A stretch of DNA of 57,994 bases, the filler included, from Sphacelaria rigidula (Eukaryota): NCBI GenBank assembly GCA_964200075.2. It is 6 parts of 6 records of this genome, joined end to end, with 100 filler letters (N's around TTAATTAATTAA, not from the genome) between each part and the next. Parts side by side here need not be neighbours in the genome. Positions count along the whole stretch, not along the records: positions 48,414 to 57,994 come from CAXNAA020008164.1; 5 more parts are not named here. One strand, written 5' to 3'. The translations under genes were made by a program, and so were the position numbers. The notes beneath the pieces were generated by a model. The model saw nothing but the letters and a program-made list of their open reading frames with translations. It was not told the origin of the DNA and searched no databases. This document shows, piece after piece, positions 48,903 through 57,994 of this stretch (position 1 is the stretch's first letter; each line of letters opens with the position of its first letter).

Positions 48903-49059
48903 TTCTCAGAGGGGAGGGGGGAGAGGCTACAACAACACGAATGTACAACTAACGTACACCATTTATTTCTTCGATTACTCTCTGAAACTACTGTAACGCA
49001 ACAAAACCTGCCAAAATTGCTGTCTGTACAAACGCACCGGAAGGAGAACCTCGATTCAC

Positions 49060-49306
49060 GACACTTTCTACGATAACTCCCCCCGATAAAGTGGCTGATT
49101 TGGAGAGGCACAATCTACACGTGAATCGAAATGGGAGAAGCGATCACAGCGAGCAGCTGGGGATTCCCATGGTTGGGTTCGTCTTCGTCAATGTCGCCCA
49201 TATGAGGCGCTTCATGCAGCCTGAACCCAAACATTAGGGGTTGTATGACCATTTTCTTCGTGAGAATTTTGGGCTGGTGTCGGGGGGAGATATCGTAGAA
49301 AGTGTG
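49060..49306. mobile_element. MITE family C (4-bp TSD)
   Basis: TIRs GACACTTTCTACGATAACTCCCCCCG / CGGGGGGAGATATCGTAGAAAGTGTG; flanks TCAC / TCAC. Confidence 0.75.
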
Positions 49307-49591
49307 TCACCCAGTATACGAGGTGGGTGTTGACTTTGATTGCCCTTCGGGTGAAACGGACAAAGGGACACATAATATTAGCGCATTTTTTGGAACCCCT
49401 CCTTCTTCTCAGCGTGGCGGCGTATTGAAGTGTGTATGTCACGCCGCTTTTTCTTCAGGAATAAAGCCTTAAAACATCGTAACGCTGATGACGCAGAAAC
49501 GAGCTCGGAAAATGCTTTAATTAGGGAGGGAGCAGAAACCTGAGACGGGAAAACAGTACTCTCAGATAATAAAACGGGCTCCAGAAAATGA

Positions 49592-49804
49592 CTACAGTTT
49601 CTCGCGCCTGCGACATTTTTCTGCTCTCCAGGGAAGGGATGGGATGCTGAGGCAGAACGTCATGAACTCCTGAAGTTCCACCGTCCCGTTTCCGTCCGTG
49701 TCGAAGGTGGTGACGAGATGGTCTAGCTCCAGTTGGTCCACGTCGAACACGCCTTGCCCAAGCTTTCGGAGGGCGGTCTCGAACATAGCCGGAGTCACTG
49801 ACGC
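49592..49804 (-). CDS. EF-hand calcium-binding protein, probable terminal exon
   Basis: Canonical loop DTDGNGTVELQE; acceptor catcgtag|GCG, phase 0; TAG at 49592. Confidence 0.85.
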   Translation of the reverse strand, partial: ASVTPAMFETALRKLGQGVFDVDQLELDHLVTTFDTDGNGTVELQEFMTFCLSIPSLPWRAEKCRRREKL

Positions 49805-50409
49805 CTACGATGGCAAGTAACAGCCCGAAGTACAAGAAAGAATATGAGTTGTTGAATAAAAAAGTAAAAACAAAATAAGAAAGAAAAGGTTAAGAACTAA
49901 TCTGTATGGCCGCGGACGATTTTGGAGATGACGACTGACAGCAATGAAAATAAAAGGATGTAAACCAAAATGACGTTATAAAATAAGTAACAATCACAAC
50001 GTTTGAAATAAACCAGAGGGTTACAAGACGACATCCTGCTCTAATATTTTTGTTTCAATAATAGCGCATGGTGGAGGACAAAGAATAGCGGTATAACGGG
50101 AGATGAGCAGATGGCTTTGAAAACTCGCTTGTACTATTCTCGGCGGAATTTCTTCTTCCCGCGCAAGCATGCCAATCATCGTGCAGTTGCGGGAACTTGC
50201 TTCTGATTTCTCCATGAAATACGAGTTTTTCCGGTCTAACGTGTAAACAAATGGATTTCAAACACTGTCAAACTCGCGAGATACAGACCCCGCCGAGTAA
50301 AACTATACTGCCGGAGTGCACAAGGCTGTCTAATGATCGTAACACTTGATGGTACACGAGAAATCTTTAATGACGGCGGGGGTTAACCGTCAGATGTACT
50401 CCTTTTGGC

Positions 50410-51402
50410 TGTCGATTGTGTCCTTGGTCGGTTGTTCGGCGGTGCCCCCTGGTGTGTGTCTGTATCTGCTCTGCTGCCCTGAATTCTTTGGGCTTCACCA
50501 CTTCTTCTGTAGTCTCCTTCTCTGCCCTCCCCCCATATTTGTCTACATATATATATAACAGCCGATCATCGAAATTGAGGATGAAGCTTTTCATTGAGGA
50601 TGAGAACCCGGAGAATTAAAGTCGTCGTATCCGCACTGAATCTTCGAAATATGCTTACATTCCTTCACCTACTGGTAGCTATTGACAAGTGCGACACTTC
50701 GTACAAAATTGGATTTCAATAACCGAAATGTCGGGGTCCTGGATGAAGAAAACAATTTGTGGAATTTAGGTGATCCGATCGGATCGCCGAAGGCCCCCAA
50801 CATTTCGGTTATCGAAATCCAATCTTGTATGGCGTATAGTAGTTGTCAACAGCTACCAGCAAGTGAAGAAATGGAACCATATTTCGGAGATTTGATGTGG
50901 ACACGAAGAATTTAACCATCCGGGTTCTCATCCGCAATGAAAAGCTCCATCCTCGATCTCGACGATCGGCTGTTATATGTGTTCCTTATTGCCGGTGTAC
51001 GACAGAGCAGTGTGGTACCTCGCTTCATTGTGCTTGTCCATGGATGAGAGGGTTCATACCCCAAATAGTGTGGTCGCAGTAGATTAACCGCAATCGTTTC
51101 CCATGGCCTTTTGGTTTCTACGACGACTGGGTATGAACGTGGTTCTGCGTAAGACCTTTTCCACCGAAGCCATGTATGTGACAGAGGCCGGCCATTTCTG
51201 TGTTTTTATTGTTTCTTTCTTCTGTCTTTCTTTTATTCTTGGTCTACTCTGTTGTTCTGTTCTTCCTTTCTTTTCTGCTTCTTTTTTCTTCAGCGAGCGT
51301 TTCAGTCTTGTTTTTGTCTGCAGTATGTCTATCATGCGACCACGGCTGGATCCCTGGGGGGTCAGTTAAAGTGCGTCAATCGATCAACCAGCCGATCGAT
51401 CA
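50410..51402 (+). mobile_element. Retroelement-like 3' fragment with TCAA-like tail, interrupted by MITE B
   Basis: 50410-50500 and 51187-51402 match 15190-15572. Confidence 0.6.
50558..50973. mobile_element. Long palindromic MITE family B (TA TSD, Tc1/mariner-type)
   Basis: ACAGCCGATCATCGAAATTGAGGATG... / ...CATCCTCGATCTCGACGATCGGCTGT flanked by TA; long inverted arms. Confidence 0.85.
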
Positions 51403-52826
51403 AACGCCATAAAACGGTATAGCAGTGCTCAAGGGCGAGCAGGCGCACGGGTTGAAAATCTCTGGAGCAGACCGCATGGTGAACAATAGCGAGGCTTCAC
51501 CGCGTCGGAGCTGGCGGCTACAAAGCTGCTACATTGCGCGTAAGATTGTGGAACCCTCGGAGTCCTGCTTGTCGCAGACAGCCCATGCTATACCACCCCA
51601 CTGCCGCAAAATGACCCCCACCTGCATATGGCCAATGATCCCGTTGTTACTCCTCACCCTATTCATAAATTTCACGTGGCCGCCGCCTTGTATATTTCTG
51701 CACATCCTCGACAATATATGGCCAAAAGTTTCAATAGACAAAGAAACTGTACCGCGTAAAGTATAGGCATATTGCAACTGTTGTCGGCCGACAATAGTTG
51801 CCCATGCTTTACGCAGTACATTTTTTCTATTGAAATGATTGACCACGTTTTGTCCAGGGTAGGTATGTTTGCGATTCATGAACGATGGGAATACATACAG
51901 ACAATGGTGAGAGTCAGGGTGCGATCGTGGATAGCGCGGGGTTTGGAGACAGTGTGGTCCTGAATAATACCGGGTCCCGATGTGTGGAGTAGTGGGGATA
52001 TGTTCGGTGCGGTGTGGAGAGACAAGGATTTGTGTATAATCCTTATCTATGTCTCTGTGGAAATGGCACGAGTCCTTGGATACAGGTGATTGACGACGGC
52101 TAGTTTCGGAAACCCTGTGATTTTTTTTGCGTGAGGTTTTTTTAGTGTACCTATCTCGCTGTTGATTGGACAATTTTTCGAGAACCCGTTTCTGTGTACG
52201 CGGCGTCGCAAGTTCTCAGGTGCTGTGTGACAAAACACAAAGGGCTCCCCAAGACTGTCCGAATCCGTAAGATGTTTACACTGAAAAACGTGTGTACGCT
52301 GAGAAAAACAACAGACAGACGGTGTTCCGTCAACATCTGAAAATCAAAATTCTATATACTTAATGTCTGAGATGAACGCTTTGTTAAAGGTGAACACTGG
52401 ACTACTGTACGAGCCATTATTCCTCCCATCGAGCTGTTCTGTTGGTAACCGATGGCTGAATGGGAACAAATGTCTTTTTCGCGACTCCGCTCTGTCGGAA
52501 GGGAGGGGTATAATCGATACACTCAAGCTGGTTCTGTAGAGCGCAATAGTCGCCCTTACATATGGCTATTGCGATCAGCATTGTTGACACCACGAGCGAA
52601 TCCAACGTCGGAGAGATAACAGCACTACTTGCAGATTGCCTACTAGCGATTTCGTTTCCGTGGATCTTGGCGGCTACTAAATGATACTGCTTTCGTTTCT
52701 GAAATGCACCTACATCTAGTTTCCCTCGAACCGCTTGGGGTAGAATGTAAAAAGGAGCCTCTGCTTGTCCTGTACGCCAGGCCATGATTGCTCACCCTTG
52801 GTATGCTTTGTATAGTTTGGTACTGA

Positions 52827-53268
52827 ACAGCGGATCATCGAAATTGAGGATGGAGCTTTCCTTTGACGATGAGATCCCAGAGAATTAAAATCTTTGTATC
52901 CGCACTAAATCTTCGGAACATGCTTGCATTCCTTCACCTACTAACAGCTATCGACAACTGCTACATGTCCTACAAAATTGGATTTAAAAAATCGAAATTT
53001 CGGGGTCCTGGATGACGAAAACAATTTTAGGAATTTAGGTGATCCGATCGGATCGCCGAAATCCTCCGAAATCGTTTTTTCATCTAGGCCCCCAACATTT
53101 CGGATGTCGAAATCCAATTTTGTATCACGTATAGTAATTGTCGATAGCTATTAGTAGGTGAAGAAATGAAGCCATATTTCGAAGATTTGGTGTGGATATG
53201 AAGACTTTGATCCTTCGGGTTCTCATCCTCAATGAAAAGCTCCATCCTCAATGTCGATGATCGGCTGT
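52827..53268. mobile_element. Long palindromic MITE family B
   Basis: Direct homolog of 50558-50973 with the same TIRs and GATCCGATCGGATC centre. Confidence 0.85.
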
Positions 53269-53977
53269 TACTTGGAGCACTCATATAACATCTACGGCAT
53301 GCGCGAACCCCCCGTCGCGGCGTTTTTCGCGCGAGATGTATCTCGAACCACATTTACGTGGGACCGCTCTGCTGTTACCACTAGACAGCCGTGGCTGCTG
53401 ACTTTTGTGGCCACTAACTCTGTTGTATTATATACGATCGTCAAGTCAACTGAACGAAGACAAGGCTGAAACTCACTTTTCTGTAGCAGTTATCACGTCT
53501 ATTACCCCCAGTATATAATGCTCGTTTTAAAATGCACAAATCTTAGCTAACTGAAGCTAGGTTCTCAGTGTGCGGCATCATGTGCACAACGTGGTTAGGT
53601 ATAATGCGATCTACATACGCCAACGGGGACGCACGATGCAGACGGTCACCATGACATATTGGGCGAGCAAAGTTGATCGACCAATTCGATCGGACATGAC
53701 TCCCAGATCACGTGGCAACTGGCAATCATGTTACTAAAGCTTTAGACGGTTCACAGATGGCGCCGGTTTTTATTACGTTCAAACACGCTGTCGCAGCTCA
53801 AAGCCCATAGATACTACAGTGTTTTTATGAAGAAATGGCGCGAGGTTCAGTGACGATTCTTCTCTGAATAGCCAAATGGGAACGGATACATGAGTGAACG
53901 GCCGATAAATGGCGGTGCGAAACGATGACATACGTCATGCGCAAAATAGGGCGCACCAGTGCCCGTGTATTTCTCAC

Positions 53978-54037
53978 CTCGCCATTAGGTGCAAAATGCT
54001 CGAACAGCCGTTCCGCCGACATCCCCTTCTCCTTGGC
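53978..54037 (-). CDS. EF-hand protein, 60-bp internal exon (AKEKGMSAERLFEHFAPNGE)
   Basis: Acceptor ccatag|GCC, donor GAG|gtgaga, phase 0 at both ends; joins into a degenerate EF-hand. Confidence 0.75.
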
Positions 54038-56199
54038 CTATGGTTCCGAAACGTCAACAGCAGGGCCGCAGTCTCACGAATAAGCATTATTGTATGTGGC
54101 CCGAATTTCTCGGTAGCTCCACGCAACATCACAATCTTGAACTGTCGAAATTTTCGGATCTTCACTTCCACGGGAGGAGTGTTCATACAGTACACTAACA
54201 TCAAGTCACAGAGGTGCTGCGCCTCGCTGGTCGAACTGGTACATGATCGATCAGCTTGAGCGGATCGGTGGTTTGGAATATCCGGTTGTATGTTTCATCA
54301 CTTCTTTCTGTCGCGGGAAGTACGAGAACGCGGGTTAGTTTTCACTCGACGAAAGTCGACAGCACGGGAGTGCTGATACAACACTTCGGCAGCAAATCGA
54401 CAGGGGAGTATCAAAGAGGAGAGATTGATCTTGTTTAAGATTATGGATTTGCCCCTGGCAATGGTGGGAGGGGGGGGGGGGGGGGGGCGTTGAGAGTATG
54501 GCGAAAAAATCATAGATGTTCTCATCAGATTATGAAGGACTAACACACGACTGGGTCTTGTAGGCACGGCGATGAGTGGAAAGAGACGCGACACGCATGA
54601 GCCATCCCACCCATGGTAGGGCGGGGTACACTTGTTTCACGGGAACAGCGGGGCTCATATGTGCAACGCACAACGGCGCTCGTTCCTTTCTGATCGTGCA
54701 TATCTACGGGGAGAGGCGTTGCATATGTGACCGAATGTCGGCGCCGAAGACAAAAGTCTGCACTACTAGGCGCGTGATCGCTACTTTCGGGCAACAATTT
54801 CCGCCACGCTCCGGTGGTCCAACTAGTACAGCAGCGGCCGTTCAGGGCGGGAAAGTGGCGCGTTCGAAACCCGACGGATGCGGTCTTGGGGAACAGAATC
54901 TAGGTTTGGTCGTTGAAAACGTGAGGACGTTAGGATAGCATTGATAATTCGGCGAGAATCGGCGTCGTGCGGGAGGGCATATCCAGTCCGTGGTATCGAA
55001 CTGTCAGGTCAGGCGACAACCGGGATAGAGATGAATGTAAGGCTCACATCGTGAATTTGAACTGGCTCGATTTCCATGAAATATCGCGAAAAACTGACAA
55101 TGGTACGTAATCTTCGATAACTAGATACTAGGGCGAACCCGTTTCCCCGCAACGGCGGATACGGACGATACCTACTGGTAGATTACCCGGCTATTTTGTT
55201 CCTGTGGTCTTAGGTGACAGCCAAATCATGAAGGCTATTCCATATCTTTTTCCTAAATGCCACCCGGCCGCATCTCGGGCAGGAGGTACGTGTGTGCGGT
55301 GCGTATGTGTTGCTAGAGTCTCCGCAATGAGCGAAATATTGCGGTTTCCGCAATATCGCGGCTCTCAATCCCACAACTTCATGACCAAGAACGCATTTTT
55401 GCGGGTATGATTAAAACACCGGGAGTAAAGTGTTGACCGGGGAGTAACATAGAATCAAAAACACTTCAGGATATCAGCAAGTTAGTCGATGGTGTCATTG
55501 AACAACGAAGTAGCCATGTCATCATCGCGAGAGTGGTCAATCTACTCCACTTCAGGACGAAATAGTGGCTTCAATCGCATTCTTTGATAATAACAAAAAG
55601 CCGAAAATGAACGACATTGGTTACATGTGCCGCCTACTTTACCATGCTGTGATAACCACATCTCGATACGTAGTATGCTCTCAGCGCGGAAGCTTGTACA
55701 CGCGCTCGCGTAGTATATCTTGCAGACTTAATTTATGTCCCTCTTTTATTTTTCCCCTCCGCATTTATTGTTGGGGAAGCCCGTGTAAAGGTCCTCAGCG
55801 TAACTTTGCCCAGGGTATGTATATATATGATACTCTGTGTAGCCAAATGATACCAACCCCTAATGTTTCAGTATAATGGCATGCATGATTGGAGCAATGG
55901 CAGGGGACAGGGGATCCTGGATTGATGGCCCTTTGCTGTGTGACACCTTGCTGTCTGGCTCGTGATCCGTTGAGGATCATTCCGTGATGATAACAAACCA
56001 GAAGAAAGGACTTGTCGAGCACGAGGCCAGTGATACTTGAGGAATCCCTCGCTGGAAGTCTTCTTGTCCAGATCGTCTAGTAGAGGCTACAGTATATCTC
56101 GACCCTTGTCCTGTCCTGGGGGCAAGTTCGTGGTGTCAAGAGATCAATCCATCTCTCCGTCGGTGCTCACCTGACATTTTGACACCGCGCCAGTCCTAC

Positions 56200-56722
56200 C
56201 TGACTGTTGATGTACCACTTAGAGCACCGGGGCTATATATCATTGATGGTACGATTCCGACAACAGCTTTGGAAACATTCCTAGATATCGCTGACATTGA
56301 AGCAACTGCCCCAAACGTTGTCGGAATTCTGTTTGTTGTCGGAAATCTGTTTACTTTGAATAGCTTCCAATAACGTTGTCGGATATGTGTTAATTTTGAA
56401 TAACTTCCACCAACGTTGTCCGCTATTTGTTCGTTTAAATTCACTTCGACACGTCGTCAGGTATTGCGTTCAGTTTACAACATCTTTTTAAAACGTCGGC
56501 AGATATTGCATTCAGCTAGTTAAGAGCAATTGCCGTAAACCGTTGTCAGATATTGCATTCAGCTAGTTAAGAACAATTGCCATAAACCGTTGTCAGATAT
56601 TGCATTCCGTTCAGAACAATAGACCACACGTTGTCAGATAATCAACTAGTGTAGAGCATGGAATTTTCCAGAACAAATACCTAGAACATGCAGAATCTGT
56701 TTTGTTCTGTCGGACGTGTCAA
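56200..56722. repeat. Array of 41-48-bp units with core ACGTTGTC(A/G)GATAT; probable transposon subterminal repeats
   Basis: About nine cores; two near-identical 48-bp units at 56500-56606; inverted TCCGACAAC at 56256. Confidence 0.7.
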
Positions 56723-56963
56723 CAAGTATGTGTCAACCATGGGTTTTGTGCGACGGCTTCATCGAAGGGTTGTAGTCCAATCGCCCTTTCCTCTTTTCCC
56801 TGCGTGTTCGTCGGCACGGCGTGATCAAGGGGCTGACTCGCTTTTTTATTTCACGTACGTATGTATGTATTTATTTATTTATGCATGTGTGTTTGCGTGC
56901 ATGTGTGAATGTTTGCATGCATGTATGTATGTATGTAGACGTGGTGTTGGGAATATCTGGCAC

Positions 56964-57060
56964 CTTCGTCAGCAGCGCTTGCAGCTTCTCTACAGGTCCA
57001 GACTTTCCATCGGCAGCATTGGCTGCCTCCTGCAGTAGTAGCACATCTGTCGCCGCGTCC
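56964..57060 (-). CDS. EF-hand protein, upstream exon (DAATDVLLLQEAANAADGKSGPVEKLQALLTK); gene 5'-truncated
   Basis: Donor AAG|gtgcca is phase 0 and reads through into AKEKGMS...; acceptor cataag| is tentative. Confidence 0.6.
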
Positions 57061-57919
57061 CTTATGCTCACGCTTGCGACTCCCATCTTCAAAACAATCA
57101 CAACAGATGGTCATGCGATAAAGCAGCGTTACGCATAGTGACTGCACTTCGGAAACCCCCCAACACAATGAAGTTTTACTTCAAAATATTACCTAGAATT
57201 GATTCCAATTTCGAAATTCAGTCCACCAGCGATACTGACCAACAGCCGACGACTCATGCCTAGTGCGAGCGAGCACATATGGCAGACGGGTGAACAAAAA
57301 CTGACTGCGCAGGGTGTCATCGAAACATTATACTGGTAGCGTATTTCGGTCACGTTGGCGCAGTAAATTTAACCGGGGTTGAGCTACAATTGTTCATGGT
57401 CGATAAGTACTTCATTTGAGTGAGTACAACGGGAATCGGATCTCTAGCAGGGCTGACAGTCCCGTGTGCTCCTCGCGTGTGTAGAGCGCGTTTTCATTAC
57501 AGGCGCCGATTTGGGGTCAACCAAGGCCACACGTTGCCTAAGGAATGCTATGTACCGCCCTTGCCCGAGGGTTCTCGGTATGCTTTGGATTGGGGTTAGG
57601 GGTAGGGGTAGCGATACTTGTAAAATTGTGTCAACCATAAACATTTGTAGCCCAACGCCGTTTAACTAGCCGCCGTTAACGAGTCATGCCACGGTAAGGT
57701 TGCACAACGTATTTCTCAGATTTGAATTAGTAGCAGCTCTTTGTCTCGTCCAGAAACGACCAACGGCACACCACGATTAACTTCCAATGGGCTAGGATAT
57801 TACCCTTAAAGCGGGAATGTCCTGACCTATTGTCTTGTGTAGATCAGGACATTCTCGAAAACACACGATCCGGTCGCGAAGTGTGGCCTCGCTATTCAAA
57901 AAACAAAAAGAAATATCTT

Positions 57920-57994
57920 TTCTTCTCACACTTTGAACCCCTCCCCTTCCTCGGGATCAGTCCGTTGTCTCAAGGGATCAACCCATCTCTCCCC
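57920..57994 (-). mobile_element. 3' end of SINE family 2 (truncated by scaffold end)
   Basis: Near-identical to 19775-19847. Confidence 0.75.

Noticed and set aside
49484-49512. CTGATGA..GAAAC hammerhead ribozyme-like core
   Set aside because: No stem II, no NUH cleavage triplet after the palindrome and no stem I pairing.
56200-56722. Conserved ACGTTGTCAGATATTGC cores with variable gaps as a CRISPR-like array
   Set aside because: Gaps are related to each other (two near-identical pairs), cores are degenerate and occur inverted; fits subterminal transposon repeats in an intron.
57590-57612. GGTTAGGGGTAGGGGTAG telomere-like repeat
   Set aside because: Only about three degenerate units, internal to the scaffold.

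Overview
Eukaryotic nuclear DNA, very probably a brown alga (Phaeophyceae). The evidence is GT-AG introns, a ROCO-type COR gene, a P-class PPR gene, a stramenopile-type AFVP plastid-targeting exon and a Ty3/gypsy relic of brown-algal type. The window is NOT one locus. It is six scaffolds of 9583, 9583, 9583, 9582, 9582 and 9581 bp (length-sorted) joined by identical 100-nt N44-TTAATTAATTAA-N44 linkers, so no synteny can be read across linkers. Scaffold 1: 3' part of a large minus-strand gene with an RSBN1/DPY-21-like JmjC domain (apparent H-x-F instead of H-x-D) followed by a 4.26-kb exon encoding a disordered region. Scaffold 2: first exon of a probable plastid-targeted protein plus nested DNA transposons, one carrying a 42/84-bp tandem array. 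Scaffold 3: decayed chromodomain-bearing Ty3/gypsy pol, a 5'-truncated LINE, SINEs and MITEs. Scaffold 4: complete intronless PPR gene. Scaffold 5: last three exons of a ROCO (COR) gene. Scaffold 6: last exons of an EF-hand gene with MITE-filled introns. No prokaryotic operon, CRISPR array, rRNA or functional tRNA was found. All calls are by eye; no database searches were run.
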